NCBI GenBank assembly: GCA_963790475.1
Contig: CAWBOS010000015.1
Span: 544,001-608,000 of the forward strand
Direction: 5' to 3'
DNA from: an uncultured delta proteobacterium
GTDB taxonomy: Bacteria > Desulfobacterota > RBG-13-43-22
DNA length: 64,000 bases
Part shown: piece after piece, positions 50,250 to 59,408 of the stretch
How the letters are laid out: each line of letters begins with the position of its first letter
Numbering within the stretch: position 1 is the first letter of the stretch
Translations under genes and position numbers: made by a program
Notes under the pieces: generated by a model
Databases searched by the model: none
Told to the model about the DNA's origin: nothing
What the model saw: only the letters and a program-made list of their open reading frames with translations

Positions 50250-51224
50250 ATGGGTGGTTTTTACTGGCTCTTTCCGGTCTCAGGGGTAAAGACCTTTTTT
50301 TTTATCCCGCCTTTAGTGGCCTTCGTTGTTTCTTTTTTCACTTCCATGGGCGGTGTTTCCGGGGCCTTTCTGCTCTTGCCTTTTCAAGTCAGTTTTTTAA
50401 ATTTTACCACCCCGGCCGTCAGTGCCACGAATTTTGTTTATAACATCGTCGCTATCCCCAGCGGGGTCTATCGTTACCTCAAAGAAGGCCGCATGGCCTG
50501 GCCTTTGACCTGGGTGGTTATTGCCGGGACTTTGCCCGGGGTCTTTATCGGCTACTATCTGCGGGTTCTTTATCTTCCCGATCCCAAGGCTTTCAAATTT
50601 TTTGTCGGCGTCGTTTTACTCTATCTGGGCCTCCGTTTATTATATGAAATGACCTCCCGATCTCAAAAAGGGAAAAGGGGACTGAAGGTCCTGGAAGATA
50701 AATTTGATCGGCGCGCCAAAGAACTTAGGGAAAATCAGGCCGGGCTCACGACCTCCGCCCTGCCGGCCGAAGCAGTAGTAAAAACGGTCCGCTTTTCTCT
50801 TTCCCGGGTGGAATATGAGTTCTGGGGGGAACGGTTTTCTTTCAGCACCGCGGCCATGTTTTTCTTGGCCTGCGTGGTTGGGGTGATCGGCGGGACCTAC
50901 GGCATCGGGGGCGGGGCCATCATCGCCCCATTTTGCGTGACCATATTTCATTTGCCGGTTCATACGGTTGCCGGGGCCGCCCTGCTGGGAACTTTTTTGA
51001 CCTCCATTGCCGGGGTCTTTTTCTACAGCATCATCCCGGCCAAAGCGGGAATGGCCACGGCCCCGGACTGGCTTTTGGGTTTTCTCTTCGGGGCCGGCGG
51101 CTTTGCCGGGATGTATCTGGGTGCCCGAACTCAAAAATATGTCCCGCAAAAATTCATCAAAATGATGCTGGGTCTTATCATCACCTCCTTGGCCCTGGGC
51201 TACATCATCCAATATTTTTATTGA
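50250..51224 (+). CDS. TauE/SafE family protein
   Basis: SMGGVSGAFLLLP and GGTYGIGGGAIIAP repeats. Confidence 0.85.
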   Translation: MGGFYWLFPVSGVKTFFFIPPLVAFVVSFFTSMGGVSGAFLLLPFQVSFLNFTTPAVSATNFVYNIVAIPSGVYRYLKEGRMAWPLTWVVIAGTLPGVFIGYYLRVLYLPDPKAFKFFVGVVLLYLGLRLLYEMTSRSQKGKRGLKVLEDKFDRRAKELRENQAGLTTSALPAEAVVKTVRFSLSRVEYEFWGERFSFSTAAMFFLACVVGVIGGTYGIGGGAIIAPFCVTIFHLPVHTVAGAALLGTFLTSIAGVFFYSIIPAKAGMATAPDWLLGFLFGAGGFAGMYLGARTQKYVPQKFIKMMLGLIITSLALGYIIQYFY

Positions 51225-51441
51225 CTTAGGTGCCTATTACAAAATTCCGGAATGCCCGTCACCCTCGCTAAGCTTGTCTGCGACCTGATCGGAGATCGGG
51301 GGTCCGTAATGAATATTTTTAGATTTAATAAACAAAGTGATCCAAGGTTATTGACCAAATCTGGATTTGTGGTAGGATTAGAAGAAAGGACAATTGAACG
51401 TTTCTGAGACTCTCATTATAATGCAATTGAGGGGAATAATC

Positions 51442-51816
51442 ATGAAGAATCTTAAATTTCATCCGGAACATGCCTGGATATTGGTGAATGGACATCATGG
51501 GATCATCGGTATCTCGGAATATGCCCAGCAGCAATTGGGAGAAATCATCTACGTGGACCTGCCGGATATCGATACTGAAATCAAACCGGGTGAGCCCTTG
51601 TGTGCCTTGGAATCCAGCAAGGTGGCGACCGACGTGATTGCCCCGGTCAGCGGTACGGTCATAGAAACGAATGGGGCACTGGATGAAGAACCCCAAAGGA
51701 TCAATTCTTCTCCCTATGAAGACGGCTGGTTGATTAAGGTTATTTTAAAAAAACCAACGGAACTGGATGAATTAATGGACAAGGCCGCCTATGAGGAGTA
51801 TATTAAGTCGAAATAA
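51442..51816 (+). CDS. gcvH: Glycine cleavage system H protein (lipoyl carrier)
   Basis: EHAW, GISEYAQQQLGEI, LESSKVATD with the lipoyl lysine, SPYEDGW. Confidence 0.88.
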   Translation: MKNLKFHPEHAWILVNGHHGIIGISEYAQQQLGEIIYVDLPDIDTEIKPGEPLCALESSKVATDVIAPVSGTVIETNGALDEEPQRINSSPYEDGWLIKVILKKPTELDELMDKAAYEEYIKSK

Positions 51817-51877
51817 ACTACGTTCGTTGTCTAAACCGGCAAACCCAAAAGAATGAAAATGGGTTTAGCCAAATACT

Positions 51878-52012
51878 GATTAGGTCATAAAGTTGTCATC
51901 CCAGCGAACCCCGGATCGGGTCCGGGGCAGGCGCCGGGATCCAGAATAATTATAACTTACTTAAAACACTGGATTCCGGCTTTCGCCGGAATGACAATTT
52001 TTTACGATTAAA
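51878..52012. repeat. Family A MITE/REP-like element
   Basis: gtcatcccagcg[hairpin]cgccgggatccag ... ctggattccggctttcgccggaatgac. Confidence 0.75.
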
Positions 52013-52027
52013 TTAAAAGGAGGGACT

Positions 52028-52564
52028 ATGGCTCTACAAAAGAGAAAAGGCAGGGACATGATCCTGCTGAAAAGACTTATTCTGTTTATTACCTGTCTGT
52101 CTTTTTTTGGCCTTCTCTCTTGTAGTAATTCCGGCACCAACAGTACCGCCAGTTCCGGCGGTACTGCAGGCACAGGGACAGGTTGGACGATCTCGGTTAG
52201 AACTTTTAAAAATTCTGCCTCAGCTTCAGGGCTCGAGCTTGTCGGTGTTATCGTCAATATTAAAGATCGTTCGGGAGCACCTGCGCCTAATGGGACACAA
52301 GTTTGTGATACAGTCTCGAGGGGTGGATTCTTAGTCAATGGCACAACACTTGTTTCTTCTAAATGTGAATCAACCGCAAATGATATTGGACAGGTATTGT
52401 TAACCTACATCCCTGCAGTTATGGGACAAGTCTGTAAAGTTAATCCAGTTACTCTAATAGAAACTTGTACCACTCAACAAGTCCCTATTAGCTCAGGGTT
52501 AGACACAATTCAATCTTCTTCCATGGGGGCTTTTGGCTCAACCACGATTGAAGTGGTACCATAA
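52028..52564 (+). CDS. Putative lipoprotein with Ig-like (Big_1-type) domain (start may be 52058)
   Basis: Lipobox LLSC, S/G/T linker, IKDRSGAP, TYIPA. Confidence 0.6.
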   Translation: MALQKRKGRDMILLKRLILFITCLSFFGLLSCSNSGTNSTASSGGTAGTGTGWTISVRTFKNSASASGLELVGVIVNIKDRSGAPAPNGTQVCDTVSRGGFLVNGTTLVSSKCESTANDIGQVLLTYIPAVMGQVCKVNPVTLIETCTTQQVPISSGLDTIQSSSMGAFGSTTIEVVP

Positions 52565-52985
52565 TCCGGCCTTTTTAAGCTCAGCAAAAGTCTTGATATT
52601 ATCAAAATAGGCCAGCCTCGTCTGGGAGAGAATTCCACAGCTAAAGAAATATTATAATTCTCAATTTTCATCTCCCGTCAGAATACCTAACACTTTTATT
52701 AAGTCCGAAAAATTTCCCCCCAATCCTTTCCTTCCTTCGTGTCATGTACAGTCAGACCTTTGAATTTGAAGTAGTTAAATTGCAGGGCGGGCTCCCCGTT
52801 CCCCCGATCAGGTTGAGGACAAGTTTCAAGGAGATGACGAAAATGGGTTTCGGAGATTTGTTTAAGATAAAAACAGGCTTTGAATGTTAGGTTGGACACT
52901 GAAAGAAATTCCCTTTAAATTCCGCGAAAGAAGCAATGCGTTATGAGCCATGCATTTATAGCCTCTTTTCGCAATAAGTACATCA

Positions 52986-53390
52986 TTATGGTTTATAGAC
53001 TTGAATACTGATATAGGCAAAGGCCCCCTGATAGGAAGCAGTGATTTGATCAACCACTGTTGTGGGTTGTGTTGCGGCTGCCGGGGCCGTATAAGTGACA
53101 GAACAGACCCCGAGGTTAATCGTATTATTTGTACTAAATGTCGCCCCCTGGGTGGAGGTAAAGGTAACTCCCCGGAGTGAATCATTGACCGGATTTCCCT
53201 GGGCATCTTTTACCGAGGCGATCAGCGTGGCTTGCCCTCCCTGGGGGAGGATACTGTTGGTGGTCCTGAGATCTATGGTATAACCGCTGCCCGAGCCGAA
53301 GCCGCTGTTAGTGGTTGTATTGGATGAACAGCTGACGATCCCCAGAACACAAAACATCAGACAACAAAGAAAAATTTTGGTATAGGTCAT
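52986..53390 (-). CDS. Putative lipoprotein with Ig-like (Big_1-type) domain
   Basis: Lipobox IVSC, TLIASVKDAQGNPV, VTFTS, TYTAP, ITAS. Confidence 0.7.
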   Translation of the reverse strand: MTYTKIFLCCLMFCVLGIVSCSSNTTTNSGFGSGSGYTIDLRTTNSILPQGGQATLIASVKDAQGNPVNDSLRGVTFTSTQGATFSTNNTINLGVCSVTYTAPAAATQPTTVVDQITASYQGAFAYISIQVYKP

Positions 53391-53439
53391 TCCCCGCTCC
53401 TTAGCTTAAAAAAGAAGGATTCTACTATGATTCTATAAT

Positions 53440-53581
53440 GAGAGCTTTGAAAAACGTTCCCTTTTGCCCAATCTCTGTGTCAGGCTCAAATTTCAATCCT
53501 CGAAATATTCTATATATTCCTGCGGTTGAAATTTTCGCCTTCCTTGATCTCGACCAAAATTAAACATTTTTCAAGGCTCTC
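53440..53581. mobile_element. Family B MITE with 19-bp terminal inverted repeats and 5-bp flanking duplication ATAAT
   Basis: gagagctttgaaaaacgtt ... aacatttttcaaggctctc (17/19); ataat at 53435-53439 and 53582-53586; non-coding. Confidence 0.7.
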
Positions 53582-53749
53582 ATAATGTGGGGGGCAAGGG
53601 TTTCAAAGATAATATTTCCCTTTCTATTCGGTCAGCTCATCCTCTCCCCGAAGCCCTTTAACTTCTTTTATCAATCTATTTCAACTTTTTGTCAAGTTAA
53701 TTTAAAGACATAAGATTGAAAAAAATTGAATTTCCAGCAAAAAAAACGC

Positions 53750-53778
53750 TTGACATCGAAAATCCAACCTGTTATGAA
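53750..53778 (+). promoter_or_regulatory. Candidate sigma70 promoter of the porin-like gene
   Basis: TTGACA-N17-TATGAA with extended -10 TG. Confidence 0.55.
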
Positions 53779-53872
53779 AAAAGGAATCTGTTATAAAAAG
53801 AAAACGAAAAGGGGGTGGTCTGCATATTTTTAAGTGAATAAAGCAAGTTAAGAGATTTTGTTTTCTTGAATT

Positions 53873-55159
53873 ATGAAGCTATTTTTTAAACTGCACCCAC
53901 AACAAGGAGAAAAAGAGATGATGAAAAAATTAGGCATGTTTGCTTTTGTTATGGCCCTGGCAGTCGCCTTTTCCCTGCCGGCCTACGCTGGCACCATTGC
54001 CGGTGAAAAAGAATTTTCCGTAACTATAGGCGGTTTGTTTACCCTTGATGCGAACTACAAAATCACGGACAAAAATTTCAATACCTTTATCAATGTTCCG
54101 ACCGGCGGGGGGAAGGATAAAACCCAGTTCATCATGGATGTCCCCTTTTGGAGCTACCTGTATATACTGGTTAGGCAGGGGGGTTTCTCCGGCTATGCGG
54201 ATATTGCTACCCAGATAACCCGTGAGTCTTCTAATCTCCAGGTTCCCACCACCAGCTTCCAAAACGATGCCGACTTCATCTTAAACGGTCGATGGTACGG
54301 GAATTATCAATTCGGAGATATGTCAATAAGGGCAGGAAAGGATAATGGTTGGTTTGACTCCGATGCTTATGGGGTCGCTCCGTCATCGGCCCTTGGTTAT
54401 TCTACGGCCAACACTACCCACGTAGCCTTGATCGGCTGGGGCTGGGCGTATGACGGCAAGAACGCCAATCTCAGGTTCCTCCACAACGTCACCAAGACCT
54501 TCGGCTACCAAATCGCCCTGGTTGATACCGGCACCTATGCTGAAACTGTCGGCGCGGCAACCAGGCTGTCCTATGCTCAATATCCGGGCATTGCCGCCAA
54601 GATCCTGTTGAACTTCGGTCCGGTGGCCCTTTATCCGGCCGCTGTCTACCAGCAGGTTAAATGGGATGCATTGACACCTGGGATGCAAGACAATATGACC
54701 GCCTGGGCGGGGACATTACCGGTAAGGGTCGCCGTTGGTCCTTTCGTGGCCGCAGCGCAGGTAACTTATGGAAAGAACGTAGGTGGTGTGACCTCTGGAA
54801 ACGTCCTGCTGCGAGGGGAAAATTCCAATACCGGTTATCTAAGGGATGCCGCCGGCAACATCCAAGATACCTCCGATTGGTCTGGCTTTATTGATCTGTC
54901 CTATGCCTTTGGTCCGGCGAAACCGCATATCTTTTTCGGTATGGACTATGCCCAAAATGACCACTGGAAGAATATTTTTAATGCCAACGATTACTATCAA
55001 AGGACGTCGTACGGGATCAATCTCTATTACACGATAGGCAACTTTCAAATTATTCCTGAAGTTGCCTTTTATGATTATGGAAACCTAGCTGGGGTACCAG
55101 GCAAACCAGCTTTAGGCACAGAGTGGTTGGCTGGCGTTCATTTCCGCTTCGCCTTTTAA
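53873..55159 (+). CDS. Putative outer-membrane beta-barrel (porin-like) protein (start probably MMKK near 53918)
   Basis: Signal peptide ending AYA, aromatic-rich alternating strands, C-terminal GVHFRFAF. Confidence 0.7.
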   Translation: MKLFFKLHPQQGEKEMMKKLGMFAFVMALAVAFSLPAYAGTIAGEKEFSVTIGGLFTLDANYKITDKNFNTFINVPTGGGKDKTQFIMDVPFWSYLYILVRQGGFSGYADIATQITRESSNLQVPTTSFQNDADFILNGRWYGNYQFGDMSIRAGKDNGWFDSDAYGVAPSSALGYSTANTTHVALIGWGWAYDGKNANLRFLHNVTKTFGYQIALVDTGTYAETVGAATRLSYAQYPGIAAKILLNFGPVALYPAAVYQQVKWDALTPGMQDNMTAWAGTLPVRVAVGPFVAAAQVTYGKNVGGVTSGNVLLRGENSNTGYLRDAAGNIQDTSDWSGFIDLSYAFGPAKPHIFFGMDYAQNDHWKNIFNANDYYQRTSYGINLYYTIGNFQIIPEVAFYDYGNLAGVPGKPALGTEWLAGVHFRFAF

Positions 55160-55180
55160 TCTATCCTAAAGAAATAACCG

Positions 55181-55216
55181 AAAACCCCGGACGATTTTCT
55201 CTCCGGGGTTTTTTTT
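55181..55216 (+). terminator. Rho-independent terminator
   Basis: aaaaccccgga...tccggggtttt stem followed by a T run, just after the porin stop. Confidence 0.8.
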
Positions 55217-55432
55217 GATCAAATTTTTGTAGAGACCGCCCGTGATGAATCGGTCCGCTTAATCAACTTTACTGAAATCACGCTATTTTCCCCCTTAACC
55301 AGTTGACAGTAGAACGAAAAACTGGTAAAAAATACGAAAACAATAAGCAGGTCATCAAGAGAAGAAGAATACAAAAAAACGGAATCGAAGCTGGAAGGTG
55401 GCTTTGAAGAAATTGTATCGGGGGAAACAATA

Positions 55433-57013
55433 ATGAAAATATTGGTCAGTGATAATTTGTCGGAAACAGGGGTGGAAATTTTTAAAAAGGCCGAGGGCAT
55501 CCAGGTGGACGTCAAAACCGGCCTGACCCCGGATGAATTGAAGTCCATCATCAAAGACTATGACGGGTTGGTTATTCGCAGTGCCACCAAGGTTACGGCT
55601 GACGTTATAAGTGCGGCCGACAACCTCAAAGTGGTAGGGAGGGCCGGCATCGGGCTCGATAATGTGGACATCCCGGCCGCTTCCCAACGGGGCATCGTGG
55701 TGATGAACACCCCGGAAGGCAATACGATAACTACGGCCGAACATACCATTTCTCTGCTTCTGTCCCTGGCCCGAAATATTCCCCAGGCCACGGCCTCCTT
55801 AAAAGATCAAAAATGGGAAAAGAAAAAATTTCAGGGCAAGGAGATTTATAACAAGACCCTGGGGATCATCGGCCTGGGAAAAATCGGCAGTATCGTCGCC
55901 GACAGGGCCAAGGGCTTGAAAATGCAGGTTATCACCTATGATCCCTTTATTCAGCCGGAAATTCTTTTGAAACAGGGGATTGAACCGGTTTCTCTGGAAG
56001 AACTCTACCAGCGGGCGGACTTCATCACCATTCATACTCCAAAGACGAAAGATACTTCAGACCTGATCAATGACCAGGCTATTTCCAGGATGAAGGACGG
56101 GGTAATGATCGTCAATTGCTCCCGAGGCGGGATTATTGATGAAAAGGCCCTCTTCGAGGGATTAAAGAGCGGCAAGGTCGCGGGAGCGGCCTTGGATGTC
56201 TTTGAGACCGAACCCCCCGGAGCAAGTCCTTTGCTTGCTCTGGACAACTTTATCTGTACCCCCCACCTGGGGGCCTCAACCGCTGAGGCCCAGGAAAATG
56301 TGGCTGTGGCCGTGGCCGAACAGATGGTCGATTACCTCCAACATGGGGTTATTAAAAATGCCGTCAACGTCCCCTCGGTCAGCGCCAACCTCCTGGAACG
56401 GGTCAGACCCTATCTGGTGTTGGCGGAACGATTGGGGGCTTTCCAGTCTCAGATCCTTGAGGGCGGAATGACCGAGGTGTCAATAGAATATCTGGGAGAT
56501 GTGGCCGGGTTCGACACCAAGCCGATGACAGTCTCAGTGCTTAAAGGACTCTTGACCCCGAGCATGAAGGACGTCGTCAATTTCGTCAATGCCCCTATTC
56601 TGGCCAAAGATCGGGGAATACGGGTGATCGAATCGAAAACCGATACGGTAGATGATTTTTTAAATCTGATTACCTTGCGGGTAAAGACCCAGGGGATGGA
56701 GAGTTCCATCTCCGGGACCCTTTTCGGCAAATATGAACCCCGAATTGTTCGCCTGAACAAATTTCGTCTGGAGGCCATTCCCGAGGGACATATGCTCTTG
56801 ATCTATAATGAAGACAAACCCGGGGTGATCGGGACGATCGGAATGACCCTGGGAAAACATCGGATCAATATTGAACGGATGCAGGTGGGTCAGGAAAAAG
56901 ATAAGGGAGGCAATGTTATCCTGTTAACTACGGATCGGGCCGTTTCAGAAGCGGCACTCAAGGAACTGACTTCCCTGCCCTCGGTGACCCAGGCCTGGCC
57001 TCTGGAATTGTAA
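55433..57013 (+). CDS. serA: D-3-phosphoglycerate dehydrogenase (long form with ASB and ACT domains)
   Basis: IRSATKVT, GRAGIGLDNVD, GLGKIG, TPHLGASTAEAQ, NEDKPGVIG. Confidence 0.95.
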   Translation: MKILVSDNLSETGVEIFKKAEGIQVDVKTGLTPDELKSIIKDYDGLVIRSATKVTADVISAADNLKVVGRAGIGLDNVDIPAASQRGIVVMNTPEGNTITTAEHTISLLLSLARNIPQATASLKDQKWEKKKFQGKEIYNKTLGIIGLGKIGSIVADRAKGLKMQVITYDPFIQPEILLKQGIEPVSLEELYQRADFITIHTPKTKDTSDLINDQAISRMKDGVMIVNCSRGGIIDEKALFEGLKSGKVAGAALDVFETEPPGASPLLALDNFICTPHLGASTAEAQENVAVAVAEQMVDYLQHGVIKNAVNVPSVSANLLERVRPYLVLAERLGAFQSQILEGGMTEVSIEYLGDVAGFDTKPMTVSVLKGLLTPSMKDVVNFVNAPILAKDRGIRVIESKTDTVDDFLNLITLRVKTQGMESSISGTLFGKYEPRIVRLNKFRLEAIPEGHMLLIYNEDKPGVIGTIGMTLGKHRINIERMQVGQEKDKGGNVILLTTDRAVSEAALKELTSLPSVTQAWPLEL

Positions 57014-57093
57014 TGGAAAAGAGGTCGGGAGACGAGGAATGCAGTAACTACCATAAACCCGATAGTATCGAAGAATTGTGTTCCATAAGCTTT

Positions 57094-57226
57094 GATGAAT
57101 TTGATAAAAGTCGTCTCCCCGGCGAAAGCCGGGGTCCAGGAGATAAACAATTCATCGAAAAGACTGGATTCCGGCTTTCGCCGGAATGACTTATTGCGGG
57201 GTTAGGCGATTCTTTAGAGTTTCACC
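57094..57226. repeat. Family A MITE/REP-like element
   Basis: ccccggcgaaagccggggtccag ... ctggattccggctttcgccggaatgac with degenerate outer ends. Confidence 0.78.
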
Positions 57227-57234
57227 AAGTTTGG

Positions 57235-57263
57235 AAAAAAAGGGCGGATTATAAATCCGCCCC
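57235..57263 (-). terminator. Rho-independent terminator of the HesB-like gene
   Basis: gggcggatt-ata-aatccgccc perfect stem with an A run on its left (U tract on the minus strand). Confidence 0.75.
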
Positions 57264-57288
57264 TCACAGAATATTTGTCGAATTTCAA

Positions 57289-57606
57289 TTAACAACTGCA
57301 GGAAGTCCCGCAAGAACCCCCGCCTAAATTCAATGCGGAAGACACCGAAAAGCCAGACCGTCCGTTATAATCGACGAAATCCACCTTCACTTCTTTAGCC
57401 TGTTCGGATAACGCTTTATCGATCAGATAAGTAATTCCATTGATATCAAATACGTTATCGGACTCTTTTGACTCATCCAGAGCCAAGGCCAGAGAGGGCC
57501 CTGATCACCCGCCTTGACTTAAGAAAACCCTTATGGGGGATTTGAGATTTTGTTTTTCAAAATGTTCTTTAAGTGCTGTTTGAGCTGCTTCGGTAACTGT
57601 TAACAT
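57289..57606 (-). CDS. HesB/IscA-like selenoprotein (Sec at codon 34)
   Basis: ATG at 57606 reads MLTVTEAA...PIRVFLSQGG-TGA-SGPSLALALDE...; the TGA (57505-57507) sits at the conserved GGC position; ends CGTSCSC. Confidence 0.85.
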
Positions 57607-57676
57607 GATGTTTCCTTTCTAAAATAAATTTATTACCCTCCGTATTTTCCCTTTGAAACCATAGCCGGTAAATTTA

Positions 57677-57705
57677 ACTATAGGTATTTGATCTCCTTTT
57701 GTCAA
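57677..57705 (-). promoter_or_regulatory. Candidate sigma70 promoter of the HesB-like gene
   Basis: Minus strand TTGACA-N17-TATAGT; the -35 box overlaps the hdrB stop codon. Confidence 0.65.
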
Positions 57706-58601
57706 GAAGGCCTACCGATCCTCTCCAGAACCGGTTGGAGGCTGATGCGATGGTCTCCCAGTCCGAGATTGGCCCGGTCCAGGCCGAAGGCCAGGCCAAT
57801 GAGCTGGGAAATAAAGAGAGTCGGTAATCCGAATCCGTCATGATGCTTCCTCTCCAGCATCATCTGACCCCGGTCGAACTGGGAGAAGCAGGATGGGCAG
57901 GCCACAGCCACGGCCTCAATGTGGTGCTTTTTCATATGTTGCAGTTTTTCCCGAGTGATTTCATTGGCCGCCTGGGCATCAATATTGGTTCCCAGGGCCG
58001 AACCGCAGCAGAGGAATTTCCTGGAATATTGGGTCGGCTGGGCACCCAGCACCTCCAGGATATGATCCATACTGACCGGCACATAACTGGCCGCTTCCGA
58101 CAGCTCGTCGGGATACATGAGCCGTGGAGGCCGGTAGAGGTGACAACCGTAATGACACCCGATCCTTATCCCGTCCAAAGGGTAGCGGACCTTCTCGGCC
58201 ATGCGCTCCAAACCGACTTCTTTATAAAGGACATCCAGAAGGTGTTTAACCTCAATGGCTCCTTTGAAAACATGACCGGACCCTTCCAGGGCCTGATTGA
58301 CCTGATTTCGCCTTTGGAGGTCCTCTTTCAGGATCAGGTTGACTTCTTTAAGGGTGTTGATGCAGCCGTTGCACATGGCCAGGATAGGCAGTCCGGCCTC
58401 TTCGGCCAGGCAGAGATTACGGGCCGCCAGGGCCAGCCAGGTATCGTAGTGGGCCAGCTTCATATTGGTTGGGGCCGGACAGCAGGAAAAGGGAAGGTCC
58501 ACCAGTTCAATGTCCAGGGCCTTCATCACTTCCCGGGTGGCCTTTTCAAATCCCGGATATTTGACCGGGATGACACATCCTAAAAAAAATGCATATTTCA
58601 T
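57702..58601 (-). CDS. hdrB: Heterodisulfide reductase subunit B
   Basis: FFLGC, SCC, CNGC, HYGCH, CCG, CPSC cysteine-rich CCG domains. Confidence 0.92.
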   Translation of the reverse strand: MKYAFFLGCVIPVKYPGFEKATREVMKALDIELVDLPFSCCPAPTNMKLAHYDTWLALAARNLCLAEEAGLPILAMCNGCINTLKEVNLILKEDLQRRNQVNQALEGSGHVFKGAIEVKHLLDVLYKEVGLERMAEKVRYPLDGIRIGCHYGCHLYRPPRLMYPDELSEAASYVPVSMDHILEVLGAQPTQYSRKFLCCGSALGTNIDAQAANEITREKLQHMKKHHIEAVAVACPSCFSQFDRGQMMLERKHHDGFGLPTLFISQLIGLAFGLDRANLGLGDHRISLQPVLERIGRPS

Positions 58602-58632
58602 GAATTAAATACCAATCATCAGTATTAATATT

Positions 58633-58761
58633 GACAAGTTCGTAAAAAGACCTCACCCCGGCGAAAGCCGGGGTCCAGGTAATTATACTAAAAAACACTG
58701 GATTCCGGCTTTCGCCGGAATGACTTATCCGAGTTTCAGGGACTTTTTTTATACGTCCCTC
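58633..58761. repeat. Family A MITE/REP-like element between hdrC and hdrB
   Basis: caccccggcgaaagccggggtccag ... ctggattccggctttcgccggaatgac. Confidence 0.78.
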
Positions 58762-58833
58762 AATCTCATTTTTGAGTGAGAAATTCTACTTTCCTATTCT
58801 GACTTCTGACTCCTGCATTCTGAATTCCAAATT

Positions 58834-59301
58834 CTAACTCAGTTCAATTACTTCGTTCAATCCCGTTTTCTTCAAGATCCCTTCTATTTCATCGATATTC
58901 AAAGGATCAAGGGCAGGCAGAGAAAGTTTTTGCCGGTCCTTCAGGACCTTTTCATTGACGATCAGGCTGCGCCCCGTCTTGGCAATCATATCCACCCCGA
59001 ATTTAATTTTTTCGGGAAGGTTGCCCCGTTGGGCCGCCAGGTTGAAAATGGCGGTCAATAATTCGGAAATATTAATTTCCTGGGGGCAGCGGTCTTCACA
59101 GACATGACAGGTGGTGCAGTACCAGACCCGTTCGTCGTTAATGACCGCTTCCTGCCCTAAATTCAGACAGCGAAGCAAAATTTCCCGCGGGCCATAGCAT
59201 TTCATTACCATGGCCGCCGGGCAGCTTCCTGTGCAGCGAGCACACTGATAACATTCGAAAAGATCTTCTTTATTAAAAAGTTCCCAGATGCTGGTGATCA
59301 T
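58834..59301 (-). CDS. hdrC: Heterodisulfide reductase subunit C
   Basis: CYQCARCTGSCP and WYCTTCHVCEDRCP clusters. Confidence 0.92.
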   Translation of the reverse strand: MITSIWELFNKEDLFECYQCARCTGSCPAAMVMKCYGPREILLRCLNLGQEAVINDERVWYCTTCHVCEDRCPQEINISELLTAIFNLAAQRGNLPEKIKFGVDMIAKTGRSLIVNEKVLKDRQKLSLPALDPLNIDEIEGILKKTGLNEVIELS

Positions 59302-59315
59302 ATCTATTTATTCCT

Positions 59316-59377
59316 GACGGAGTTGCAAAAAGTCATCACTAGCCGATTTCCGTCATTCCGGCTTTCGCCGGAATGAC
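59316..59377. repeat. Partial family A element (single arm)
   Basis: gacggagttgcaaaaagtc ... gtcattccggctttcgccggaatgac. Confidence 0.7.
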
Positions 59378-59408
59378 TCCCTTAAGATCCTCCAACCTAA
59401 TTTAAAGC

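Noticed and set aside
51836-51872. GGCAAACCC start resembling a c-di-GMP-I riboswitch
   Set aside because: The second stem and GACGCAAA-type element are absent; it is better explained as a simple hairpin after gcvH
52600-52899. 66-aa minus ORF with faint RimM/PRC-barrel-like words (GLTVHDTKEGKDWGEI)
   Set aside because: Too short and interrupted to support without a search
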